Shown here one piece after another: positions 1 through 12,249 of a stretch of DNA of 64,000 nucleotides. Under the pieces are notes generated by a model, which was given only the letters and a program-made list of their open reading frames with translations, did not search any database and was not told the origin of the DNA. Position numbers and translations under genes: made by a program. Source of the stretch: Gnetum montanum (taxonomy: Eukaryota > Plantae > Gnetophyta); the NCBI GenBank assembly GCA_015680685.1, contig MNCI01002414.1, positions 1,747-65,746 of the forward strand. The letters run 5' to 3'. The first letter of the stretch is position 1, and the number at the start of each line of letters is the position of its first letter.

Positions 1-393
1 CTCGTAATCAAGTCGTACTTGAACGCACTAGGAAAGCAGTAAATAAATTTAACAAATGAAACCACATGCTGCAAGGTTTATCCAATCAAGTTCATCTTTA
101 TTGCCGTACACAACTTGGGTTCAGGTTTACAAGTTGCTCGAATAAAGAGTCGTTCACTCTAGGACTCCTACTGCAGGCACATGGGAAAAATTCTAACTCT
201 GGAGTGATCAATCTGCCAGAGCTTCACTACACTAGCCAGGATTTGGAAATGAAGGGAGTGCCGCCTCTTATTTATAGATATGATGGCGGGACGCGATATT
301 GCGTACACGATATCGCAGGGTAAGATGCGATATCGCGTACATGATATCGCATGGGATGCGATATCACGGCCCAGTGCAAGTCGCGTCTCATCA
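1..393 (-). mobile_element. LTR (5' end TGATGAG at 393, runs off the window start) inserted into the RNase H of an older Gypsy remnant
   Basis: The reverse complement starts TGATGAGAC, has CTATAAATAAG and aligns by eye with 31356-31790 (tgatgagccg...ctataaataag...cagtaggagtc...gataaaccttg...agtacgac). The RNase H frame (...DSQLIVNQVNG...FKEF) stops abruptly at 394. Confidence 0.8.
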
Positions 394-690
394 AAACTCT
401 TTAAATAGTTCAAGAATGTAGGCTTTATACACTTTCATGGTTCCATTGACTTGGTTTACTATTAGTTGGGAGTCATTATAGATTTTATTCTTTGATTAGT
501 CTTTGTATAAACCTAGCTTGATCCCATGTATAAGTGCTTTGTATTCAACCATGTTGTTAGTTATAGGTTGTGTAAAATTGATGAATTTAAGGATAGGAGC
601 TTCACCAAGAGGTATAAGCATTATTTCTACTCCACATCCTTTCTTGGAAGAGGTGCCATCCACTCTTAGTATCCAAGTTTTTAAGTTCAT
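394..690 (-). pseudogene. Archaeal-type RNase H (aRH) of a Tat-lineage Gypsy element, frameshifted and truncated by the LTR insertion
   Basis: Motifs WILRVDGTSSKKGCG, TNNMVEYKALIHGI and, after a frameshift, NDSQLIVNQVNG. Confidence 0.85.
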
Positions 691-1099
691 AAAATCTAAA
701 AATCGGTCCTCTGATCAAGGTAGAAATGATTGTCATCAAAATTTAGCTCGTCTTCTAATATATCATTGGTTAGAATCTCGCTTATGTCCTTATCATTTCC
801 TAATGGTGGTGGGTTACCGAAAAGAAATGTTCTTCCATCATGTTGGTGATATGCCAATGTATCTTCATACATCTTTTCACACTTCCTAAAAGCCTGATAA
901 TATTGGTTAGAATACATGTATGAAAAAGGGTTTATACATGGAGTTTCACCCATATCTTCATTCATCAAATATTTGCGAAGTCTTAGCTCAACCACTTCAA
1001 CAAAAAGGTTGGTATTTTGATTTCCTAGAGCTTTAATTTTTGGATCGGAAGTTGTTACCTCTTGCTTATAAAAGGGTTCTCTAGGTATAGTCATATATT

Positions 1100-1460
1100 T
1101 AGATTTTCCTTTGATAGGAATTAACAGTTTTGAGAAATCTCACCTAAAGAAGCCTCCAAATTTGGCTTCAAAAGTCCTACATAAGAGCACACCATAAGTG
1201 GGAAACATGTCAACTACTAGGATATTTGTGTAACATGTAAATGTAGGATATTTTTTAAGTTTCACCTTTACTCCTTTCAATGACCCTACTACCAATATTT
1301 TAGATCCATTGAGTTGAATCACACTTTTCATTTGTGTTGTCATTTGTGCTTCTAAAGCCTTAAATACCTCAAATGGCATGACACTACCAATTGCACTAGA
1401 ATTTGTCAAAAAATTGTGAAAATTCTTCCCTAAAATGGTCAAGGTTGTCAGGAAATAGGA
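1100..1460 (-). pseudogene. Retropepsin (aspartic protease) of the same Gypsy remnant
   Basis: FHNFLTNSSAIGSVMP (decayed LxDSGA) ... VVDMFPTYGVLLCR. It resembles the PR of element D (LHNYLVDSGATSTVMP). Confidence 0.75.
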
Positions 1461-3289
1461 TTGATCTTTCTTGCTTGAAATGGAATTGTTTGCATTATGT
1501 ACTGATTGCTTGTTAGGAATTTTTGTGATGTGGACTTGCCTTTCAGGGATTGGGGATTTTCCTTTATTGGTTTCTAGACCATGAACTATTTCTTAGATCA
1601 AATATTTCATTTCATTCAACTATAGAATATCATACATTAAAATTTTAGCTTTAATTTTCTTCAAATCGTCAACTAGGTCATAGGTCTTAGGTATGTCTTT
1701 GAATTTCGGTTGAGGTGGGGCTCTTCTAGGTAGAGATGGGGAGTTTGGGCATTGCGGGATGTTTACTTGAGATGGCCTAGTTTGGTTGTTTGTATTGTTT
1801 TGACTAGGAAATATCCTATTTGGAGATGTATAAGGATTATTCCTAGTATATTATTGTGTATTGTTCACAATGTTACTAAGTGTACAATAGCATGTGTTAT
1901 GTGGGTTGAGGTCGCTTACCATGACTTGTTCAAATGAAGTAACTCCCTCATTCTTGGTTTCATGGGGTACATTAAGGATCATAACAAGGGGTTTTCCATT
2001 TTTTTAACCTTGGGTATGCTCATCATATAATGCCAGGAATTGCGAACAAGTCCTCTTAGAATGTTGCCTCATGTTATGGAGATGAAAATAATCATCGTTG
2101 ACTAATGAACTTGGCTTTTCAAATTGTAGATGACCCTTGTTGTTTTACTTTAGTTCAAAAACTTCAATAAAAAGTTTCTATAGTGAAGTTAATATTTGGA
2201 TCATCTAATTTTTAGTTTGAGTTGTAGGTCCAATAGGTTGGATATTTCTTTTGGGTTTATGATTGATTGGATTTAGGCCTTCAATTGGTTATCATTCAAA
2301 CTTGTGTTAGATGGTAGGAATGAAGACAATGTGAGATCTTGAAAATGTTTGTTTGAGGGTTGAGTTAGTTGAGGAGGAGTGGGAGTTTGGTACATAGCAT
2401 TAGTCATTGGGAAAGTTGGTAGGGGTAGAGGGTTAGATTGCATGGGATTACTAATGATTATCATCCCAAATTGGATTTGGATGCAATTTATGAGGGTAAT
2501 TTGTTCTAACTCCATGGCATTGGCCATCACCCACTATATTTTTGTTATGTTGGAATCAAATTTGATGGCATAGGCAAAGAATGGATCAATGGTGGACAAG
2601 TAAAAGTTGAGGGTACCCTCAAGTTATGGATGCATCTCATTTGGCACATAGGCAAGTTGATAGAGAAATATTAAGTTGTAGTCCTAGACATTCTCTTTAG
2701 GTATTTTCCTTAAGCTTGTAAAACTACTTGCTGCTATGGTCGGGCTAGTGAACTTGTTAAACTAAATTAGGATCTTATTTTTAAATCAATGCCATGAGTT
2801 GATGGAAGCATTAAGAAGCATCAAGAACCATTGGGTTGCTTTACTCTTGAATGTTGTCACAAACACCCTACATGCCACATCATTTTGTACAATGTTATGG
2901 ATTCCTAGTAAAGTTTTAAAACATTGTATGTGTTGGTGGATATCACTAGTAGGGGTTGTAGGATCAAAGAATAGTTTATGTTCTAAAGGGATTTTAGGAT
3001 GTCATGGTAGTTAGTCAAGTTAAAGGGGTTACTCACTAGGGGAGCCGGGCGTTGATTGGCTGCCATCCTAGTCCAAGTTCTCCTAGGACTAGAACCTAGG
3101 AAATATAAAGCTTGTTATTTTCTTAATGCAAAAAGAAGGGTAACTGGTCAATTAAGGATAGAGGAGAGTTTTCTCATAAAATAAAAACTATAAAATACAA
3201 TTATTAAAATAGAACTATGATATTTAGTAAAAAGAAAAGAAAATATTGAAATAATATTTTTCTCTTAACAAAAAAAAACACTAAAATAT

Positions 3290-3637
3290 TGTGGAAGATG
3301 ATGTGTAGATGTTCAACATTATTAGGAGATTGATCTCATCCTTTTCTTTATTCTAAATAAGATGAGATCCTAGTTGTCCATGCTTATCCATACCTGTGAT
3401 TATCTCATCCATAAATAAGATGATAAGGATCATTCCCATGATCTTAGAAACTCATTCTTATCTCTTCAAATCCATTATTGGAAGAATCCAAGTCTATATA
3501 ATTGTAGTAGCACATATTCATAAACATATAGATTCTGGATTAATAGATTGTAAGTGTGTTTTTTGTTCTAACAAAGTTCTTTATTTTCTGTTTAGCATAG
3601 ATGGTAGATCCAGGGCCCTTTAGATTTAGATTTCTCA
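3290..3637 (+). repeat. Copia 5' LTR
   Basis: tgtggaagatgatgtg...gatttctca, a direct repeat of 7343-7666. Confidence 0.95.
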
Positions 3638-3639
3638 TT

Positions 3640-3652
3640 TGGTATCAAAGCT
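3640..3652 (+). promoter_or_regulatory. Primer-binding site, tRNA-iMet type
   Basis: TGGTATCAAAGCT lies 2 nt after the LTR (consensus TGGTATCAGAGC). Confidence 0.9.
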
Positions 3653-3689
3653 CGATTAGCTCAAATTATTGATAATAGATCTCTCCAGA

Positions 3690-5870
3690 ATGGCCCAAAA
3701 TAACAGATCCATATCTCTCCAAATTCCTATATTCAAAGGAGAAAATTATGAATATTGGGCAATCAAGATGAATACATTTATGAACTCACAAAATCTATGG
3801 GATATTGTTGAAGGTGGATTTCAAGATGCTGATCAAGAAACATTTCAAGCCCTGACAAAAGATGAAAAGAATGAAGTCAGGAAGCTTCATAAGAAAGATG
3901 AAAAATCACTATTCATCATTCAAACCAGGTTAGATCTGAATTTTTTCCCAAAATCGTCATGCATCCAACAACCAAAGTTGCATGGGATGCACTAGAGATT
4001 GCATACAAGGGATCATTGAAAGTTCATGTTGTCAAGTTACAAACTTTAAGGAAAGATTTTAAATCTTTGCACATGCTAGATTTAGATAATATTGATCATG
4101 ACATCAGCTAATTTCAAAAAGTTCTAAATGGACTTGAATCTTGTGGAGAAATGCTTGAGGAAAGCCATGTTGTTAAAAAGATCCTTCAAAGTGTGACCCA
4201 ATGATATGATCCCATCATCGTGGTTATTGAAGAAGCAAGAGATCTTGATAAGATGAACATGGTTGAGCTCATAAGAAGATTGAAGACATACGAGTTATTG
4301 ATCATGAGGATTCAATAGCAACTACATTTCAAGCACAATTCCAAAGATCCTTCAATCAAAATCAAAATAAAAAATCCTCAAGTGGATCCTCATTCAGAGG
4401 ACATGGACACGGTCGTGGTAGGTCTAGAGGTCATGGTTGTGGAAGATCAAATCAATCAAATGATGAAGATGAAGATCATCACAAGAATCACCAAAAAGGT
4501 GAGCAATTATTTTATAATGAAGAGGAGGAAGATCACCTCCTAATCTCTACAAAGGCATAAGATGCTAGTGATAACAACACATGGTATGTTGATAGTGGAT
4601 GTAGCAATCACATAAATAGGAACAAGAAACTCTTCTCAAGTTTGGAAAAATATGATGGAAAGGTCACCATAGGTAATGGGAAGAAGTTAACCATTGCTAG
4701 GATTGGATCGCTTGCCTTCACAACCATGAAAGGTAACAACTATGTTATTTCCAAGATCTACTTTGTTCCAAATCTTTCAAAGAATTTATTGTGGGACAAT
4801 TATGTCACAATGGATACCGTGTTGCATTTGAAAAGAATGTTTGTAAAATCTCTAAGGCTGATGATGATAAGGGTATTGCCATTATCCCTATTAGCAAAAG
4901 TCAAATGTATAATTTGTAGATACAAAATGATGTTCAATGCCTCACTGTTACTAATGACATTACATGGTTGTGGCATGCTCAATTAGGGCATGTCAACTTT
5001 GGCTCAATGGACCACATGTAGAAAGAAGGACTTGTCAGAGGTATGCCAAAATTTTCTTTGCCCAATAGTCATGATTGTGGCATATGTCAACTTGGAAAAA
5101 TCACAAGATTGTCATTTCCTAGGAAAGAACATAAATCTCAAGAAAAATTAGATCTAGTTCATATGGATTTATGTGGTCCCATGCAAGTATTAAGCCTAGG
5201 AAAAAACTACTATCTGTTAATCATCGTGGATGATTTTTCTAGATTTTCTTTGGGTTATTTTATGAAATTAAAAGATCAAACATTGGGATTGTTTAGAGAA
5301 TTCAAGGTGGTAGTAGAAAATCAAAGTGGCAATACAATTAAGCAAATCCGAACAGATCATGGTGGTGAATTTTTGTCCCAAGAATTTGAGGAATTCTACA
5401 AGAAGAATGGAATTATTCATCAAACTACCACATCCTATACACCCCCAAAAAATGGAGTAGCTAAAAGGAAAAATAGAACTATGGTTGAAATGGCTAGGTG
5501 TTTAGTGAAACTATCAAACTTAGTGGATACATTTTGGGCAGAAGCTTGTGCAACATCAATTTATCTTTTAAATAGAGTGCCTTCCAAATCAATTCATAAT
5601 AAAACACCCTATGAATTCTAGCATGGTTATACACCTAATATTTCACATTTGAAAATCTTTGATTCATCATGATATGTGCACATCCCTACCCAAAATAGAC
5701 AAANATTTGATTCATCATGATATGTGCACATCCCTACCCAAAATAGACAAAAATTAGATGGCAAAGCTATGCCTTGTATTTTCATTGGACATTCTCCCAC
5801 ATCTAAAGCTTATAGGTGCTACGATAAAACCAATCACAAGGTCATTGATTCCTGTGACATCAATTTTCTA
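3690..5870 (+). pseudogene. Copia gag-protease-integrase (stops and frameshifts)
   Basis: Gag IPIFKGENYEYWAIKM...LWDIVEGG; PR WYVDSGCSNH; INT CGICQLGK, LVHMDLCGP, IRTDHGGEF, NGVAKRKNRT. Confidence 0.92.
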
Positions 5871-6759
5871 GAATAGGACTACATTGATCACAATCTATTT
5901 TTTTCAACAACAAAAGTGTTTTTTGTAGGCCTTAGCATCGGCGTGTTTTTTGAGCACCCTCTAGGCTATTCTCTTTCCAATGCCAAACCCACTCTAACGA
6001 TGCCACGCTGGCATACATCTTGGGACTCTTCTGCCAGACGAGGACATCCTTCCCAAAATCACAAATAGCATGAGAACTATGCAACTCCTAGGCCCGAGTG
6101 GCCCTCCATTTCTATAGGGTTTGCCTCACCTATTTCCCACAACCAGTGCCTCTCCTTCATCACTGGCGCTCTGTCCATTCTATACAAAAGTGGTGAAAAA
6201 TTAATTTCAGTGCCCTAGCTCCATGTTTTTTTGGTTCCCAAGTCATCATTCCCTCTAGCTACTAATTCCATTATTCCAACAGCATCCAATCTGCATTTCT
6301 TACATCCGCTAGTAGACAATTTTCCCTTTTTGGACTTCCTTCCATCCACCATTCTATCCAATGCTACTCCCTATGGGCCTCTAACTCCACGTACACATAT
6401 TTTCCTTCCTCTTTCTACTTTTTTTTCTACAGAAATGCCCTCCCCAATCTGGTCAATAGTCGTGCCCTTTCAGGTACTTCCCTCTGCACCAGCCATGACT
6501 CCTCCTTGGCAATCTCCTTCTTCCTCCTGGGTGGCTCTCTCTCACCTAGCCTCCCAAATGCTGGATCTGGATTTTTACCATCGTCTAACCCATAGTCATT
6601 CTCACTAGCACCATGTCCAAACAACCTAGGGTGATGTAGACATTGCCATTTCTCTTTTCTCCAATGTGGGTGATGACTTCTATGCACTGCTTATGCTGAT
6701 GTTGGGGAGCTCTAATGATATGATAGAACCATCCACCATCATCGAAGCTATGGTGGATG

Positions 6760-7282
6760 ATCATTGAATTGTAGCAATGGAACGTGAGATATAGAAAATC
6801 AATAAAAAAAAAACTTGGAATCCAATTCCTTGTCTATATGGTAAGCTTGTCATCAACTTAAAATGGATATTCAAACTCAAGAGAAATCAATATGGTGAAC
6901 TAGACAAATTCAAAGCTCACCTAGTTGCTAAGGGCTATCTCAAATAGCAAGGTAGAGACTTTAATGATAACTTTACTCCTGTTTCATGAATGGAATCTAT
7001 GAAAATCTTTCTAGCTATTGTTGCACAAGCTGGCTATGTGGTATATCAACTGTATGTGCATATGCATTCCTCAGTGGCATTTTGAATGAAGAAGTCTATG
7101 TGGAACTACCCCTAGGTTTCATTGATGAAGAAAAACAAGATCATGTGTACAAGCTTCATAAAGCTTTGTATGGGCTCAAGCAAGCTCCACGTGCATGGTA
7201 TCCACGTATTCATTCATTTTTCATCGAAGAGGGGTTCATCCATCTTCAATCCCAAACTACAATTTACAAAAAGGTATCTTGA
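6760..7282 (+). pseudogene. Copia reverse transcriptase, N-terminal half
   Basis: [50 protein letters not shown]. It ends before YVDD. Confidence 0.9.
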
Positions 7283-7342
7283 GATGATTTTTGTGTGGGG
7301 GTGGGGGGGTGGGAATGGGCGGAGGCAGGGGGGGGGGTTGTT

Positions 7343-7666
7343 TGTGGAAGATGATGTGTAGATGTTCCACATTATTAGGAGAGTAATCTTATCCCTTTAT
7401 TTACTCTAAATAAGATGAGATCCTAGTTGTCCATTCTTATCCATATCCATGCTTATCCATACCCATGATTATCTTATCGATAAATAAGATGATAAGGATC
7501 ATTCCCATGATCTTAGAGACTCATACTTATCTCTTCAAATCCATTCTTGGAAGAATCCAAGTATATATAATTGTAGCAGCACATATTCATAATTGTAACT
7601 GTGTTTTTTATTCTAACAAAGTTCTTTAGATAGTAGCTCCAGGGCCCTTTAGATTCAGATTTCTCA
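7343..7666 (+). repeat. Copia 3' LTR, preceded by a G-rich tract at the PPT position
   Basis: Direct repeat of 3290-3637; G-runs at 7295-7338. Confidence 0.95.
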
Positions 7667-9559
7667 AATATGCTATTATTTAAAAAAAAAGAATTTTCAA
7701 GAAAAGAATAAATGCATAACATTGCAAAATTTTTTTAAAAGGAAAATACTAAAGTAAATATTTTTAAAAAAATATAAATAAAATTTAATGAGTAATAACA
7801 CCACCTTACTAAACACAAATTTGAAAAAAAATCCTAGGAAATAAAGGTTTTACAAAAAGGTTTCGGTAACAACAATTTTCACAAAATGGAAGCATAGAAA
7901 AAGGTAGAAAATAAAAGATTTGGAGAAAAAGGTTTTACTGAAAAATAAAATAAGTTTGAAATAAGGAAAATGAAATTTTTGAGAAATAAAAACAAAACAG
8001 GGATGCAAAATGATAGAAAATTGATATTTTAGAAAATGGAATAACAAAGGCTGGTAAATTGTCTTTACCGAATATGGAGACCATCTTGATGCATTAACTA
8101 ACTCAAAAACAATGAATCAGTGGGTATAGTAGCCACCTTGATACACTAAATAATGCATAAAATGCATTAGTGGATATGGTGATACCTTCATGCACTAACT
8201 AACACATAAAACACATTAGTGTATAATGCATGCTATATAAACACCAAAGATTCTCTTATAAAAGAAGTAAGAATAAATGGATGTACACTTCATGAAATGA
8301 AGAGTACTGTTCAAAACTCCTTATGCCATAAAAAAAGAAAGAAAAAAAAAAAGACGGTGAGGGGTTGGCAATATCATTGAAATTTAAAAGCCATGTCAAA
8401 ACCAAAAACCCTGTCCCTCTTCCCTCTAACCAGGTAGTCAGCTAGAGTCATTCAATAATAAAGAATCTTATACTCTTGGTGCCTTTTTCTGGCTAACCTG
8501 TGCAGCGGAGCCGATGAATTAACGATAAGATTTATTGATTATGAATGACTTAAAATCAGTAAAAAGTAAAAGTCTGAAACTGAACCTTTTATTTATGCCC
8601 AACGAAGACCCCTTTGATGTAACGGGAATTCTTTTTTGGCAGACACTTTTTTTTTCTTCCTTTTTTGTAATCCAGTGAGTTCAATAATCAATTATGCATG
8701 TCTAGCAATTCAATTCATGGAGTAATTCAAGGTTGCTTAAAAGCTAAGTTATTTGGATTCAATTTCATCATTGTGCTACAACTAGTTATGTCAACGGTAG
8801 TGTACAAGGCAATATAAAAGACATTGCACATTGATGATAGACAAACTGAATGTTTTTACTTTAAAGTCGGAAATGAATATATTAGAAACTGTGAATATAC
8901 ACAGAAGTAAGTTAACCGACAAAATCCGGACCAGGGAAAAGATAAACTCGAATAACAGGGCTAACAAGGAGCACAATAAAGTCTAAAGAAAACAAATCAG
9001 CTTCACACCTGGTCGTTGTGTGAAACAAACTAAAAAATGTTACCAGGTTTATCCCTGCAGAAATCTTCCATGCAAAAACTGTGGTGCTGGCCTACATCTT
9101 TTAATGGCAAATCTTGAGAAAATTGCATGATAGAGGTAACATTAGAACCTTTTCTTTGTAATAATCGAAATCATCATACAACGGAAACATACATCAAATC
9201 CCTAAATCTCAACAAGCACACACACAATAGCTTACAATTCAAGCTACACAAGCCTAACATGAGACTCAATACATATCAAAGGATAAATAGGGCACTCTTG
9301 CCTCTCACAAACCGCCCTCACTCTGGAGTTCACACTTGCCCAACAAATATGGCTCACATGTTAAGCACACAAGACCATATCCAAGGCAAGATTCACACTC
9401 ATGGGAGACTCTTCACCTTTTCTTAGATTACACTCTCCCTCAAGTGTCTCTTCTTTTCTCATTCCATGGTAGTTTTTGGTCGGGGGGTTGGGTGGGGGGA
9501 GGTGGGGGAGCCATAGACTAGAGGAAAAACCTTAAAGAGCCCAAAGTTGCAAGATAATC

Positions 9560-10330
9560 CCCAAGTCACCTGCAACAAGACAAAAGCTTATTGCACCCCC
9601 AGGACCAAAGATAAAAACCAAAATAAGCAATTCAAAAGGGACATCTCTTAACAGAAGGTAATACTATTAGCTAAGCCTAGTGCTCAACATTGAAGCTAAA
9701 CATTACTAGCTATAAAAAATTTCATACCATAGTCAAATTCAATGTAGTTGTTTTGATATCAGGCATCTAGACAACATTTCCAAACAAAGAAAATAATCTC
9801 AAATAAGAGGACTTTCTAGGCAATTCAAAGGTGTCACTTAACATAGTCATCTTCGAAGATACATAGAGGGAAACCAATAGATTGGTTAGGAATAAAAATC
9901 TAGAGAGATAAAAACCACTTCCAAATTTGTTGAGAGAACAATCATTCCCAAAAAAATGCACAAAAGAGTCATTGGCTTGACAAATGGTGCATTTAGGGCA
10001 ATCAACTCCTAAGAAGTTAAGCCTATGTCCAATGGGAAGACCTTGATGAATCAAGACCAGAAAAGGAAACAATGCTTAGGTTGGGCCTTGGAAGTCCAAA
10101 CACGATGAAAAATAGCCTTCCAATGGTGATCCTCAAGATGCACACTCCATCTTATATTTAAAGTGGAAAGTTGGAATTCTTGCACATGAAGCCAAGATTT
10201 GGCTATAGAAAGGTGCAAAGAACACAAAGGAGAACTATGAAGCCAAAACTATCAATTTATAGCTCACATGAATTACTCTTGGGCTACAAATGGTGACTTT
10301 TCAATTGGCTATCCAATTGAATTTTCATCT
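9560..10330 (-). mobile_element. L1-type LINE 3' fragment (zf-RVT region)
   Basis: LIHQGLPIGHRL...CPKCTICQANDSFVHFF matches the CxxC...E/DSxxH zinc finger downstream of plant L1 RT. Confidence 0.7.
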
Positions 10331-12249
10331 TCTAAGATGACTTTCGTTTCTTTGGCCTTCCAAGATGTCTTTATAGCTTCCTTTCATATGCCCATTTGAA
10401 TTCCTAAATGTTTCACATTTAGCCTTGAAATTGCCTATACTTGTTATCTATACAAAGCATTTGAGACATTTTGTTATAATTCAAAGCACTTGTAGGTAAG
10501 ATGTCCATGGATATGTGGAAGATATTTATGGATATATCTAGACTTCCTTAAAAATCTTTGTAAATGTCTTGACCTTTTGAGGAGCATGGACAGGCTACCT
10601 CAAAAATCCTTGGATCATCAAAACACTTACAAATTAACTCCTCTTGGCAACAAAACACCCTAAACTCATTAAAGCCTACTCAAACATATCCAAACATGTA
10701 TAAAATATACTAATATGCATAAAACACGTCCATACATTTGAAGGATGATTATTTTTTGAGTTAGGAAATGTTTTTATTCTAAAATTAGGCCCTTTCATAT
10801 GATTGGTAGTTAGCCTCTTGCTTAAAACCAAAATAATTTGCTTGTTATAGTTTAAGAAGAATCTTATAATCAAAGATACACTAAATCAATAATGTCCTAT
10901 GAGTCTATTTCTTTACATAGAATCCTTTAGAGTTCTACTTATGTTGGTTTTGGGATTAAATTATTGATCATTGCATATACTTTTTGTAGAGGATGTTCAA
11001 ACTAAAATAATTTGACTAGAGGTACTCCTCAATACATATAGCTAGTTATTAAGATATATTAGAAGAGTTATGGATGAATATAATAAATGCCTCAAGTATA
11101 ACTTGAACTAGTTACCTATTCCCTAATAAAATAATGAGCTATCCACTTAAGCTACCTATCATTAACATATACAGTTTTGTTTTGTATTAAAGGGTTCTAT
11201 CATAGCCTAACTCCTATTCATTTACATTCGTGGGTTTCTATTGAAACTATGAAATAATAGTCTAATTAAAACTTTATAACTTAACATTGCCCATCAAAAT
11301 CGAGCCTATATTTGATACTTTCAAATTAAGAGTGTTACTCCTAGGCTAATACCTCATTGTTAACTCCTATTAACTTCTTTTACCAAATGCATCTAAGAAT
11401 ATGGGATAGTAGTTAAGAAAATCAGCTCTTAGAAGGAAGGTTGTGGGATTGAATTGATACTTGCTTATGCTTATAGTTGTAGTACATAATTCAAAAATCC
11501 AAAATTTGTAGATGTTTTCCATTTTTCAAAAATATACAAAAATTAGTTTTGCAGTTCCAAAAGTTTATTTGTTACAAAACTAAGTCACTTTCCATCCCAC
11601 ATTTGTTTTTATCCTTTTTCCTAGCTACTCTAGGCTCTTGTAGGAGGAGTCAAAACTACTTAAACAAGATCCTTACTCATAACTTAGCATTTTCTAACTT
11701 AACCTTATCCACCAGAACTTTGACCTTTCAAATCAAGAGTCTTACCACTAGACTAACACTTTAAGAAAGGTTATTTTATTTTCCTATCAATGGAACATTT
11801 AAGGTTTTGGGCCAAAATTCTAAGGATATATGCTAAGTAAAGGTTCTAATTAAATATTTAAAAATATATGAAAATCAAAAAATATCATAATGTTGTAAAA
11901 ATTATTTTATATTTAATTCAAGAATTTTTTAAGGGCATGGCTTGGTTTATCCTCGCTACCAAAATATATTGACAAATCTCTGTATAACCTGACTACTAAC
12001 ATCAAATTATCCTAAGTGGACAAAATAGAACCATTAATGGCTAGGTCTTGGTTATAGCCTTGTTACTAAAATTCTCAGTAGGCATTATTACATACCTTAA
12101 AAGGACACATGTTTTCTATGCCTCACTACATACCATTAAACTCAATTGCTTAATCCTATGGTCTTAGACAAATCCTTAGCCACACATGAACTTATGAATC
12201 AAGTTCAAAGTTAAAAATCCATTCTCATCCTTTTTGTTGTAGGGTGTGG

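Larger units (their letters stand above)
3290..7666 (+). mobile_element. Ty1/Copia LTR retrotransposon, internally deleted (no RT C-terminus, no RNase H)
   Basis: TG...CA LTRs at 3290-3637 and 7343-7666; perfect 5-bp TSD AATAT (3285-3289 and 7667-7671); PBS; gag-PR-INT-RT order. Confidence 0.95.
394..8086 (-). mobile_element. Decayed Tat-like Ty3/Gypsy internal region (leader-gag remnant-PR-aRH), split by the Copia insertion
   Basis: Colinear minus-strand PR and aRH. An AT-rich leader continues on both sides of the Copia TSD. A possible PBS (TGGTCTCC...) follows ...GCATCA at about 8068-8087. Confidence 0.55.

Noticed and set aside
5657-5752. Perfect tandem duplication of about 47 bp in Copia INT
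   Set aside because: The copies are identical and separated by a single N, typical of a contig-overlap artefact.
8512-8580. C/D snoRNA-like CGATGA...CTGA spacing
   Set aside because: The C box is imperfect, and I could not recognise a terminal stem or guide.
11400-11765. tRNA/SINE-head-like stretches (about 11400-11455 plus, about 11705-11762 minus)
   Set aside because: Only an A-box-like resemblance; no convincing cloverleaf, B box, tail or TSD.
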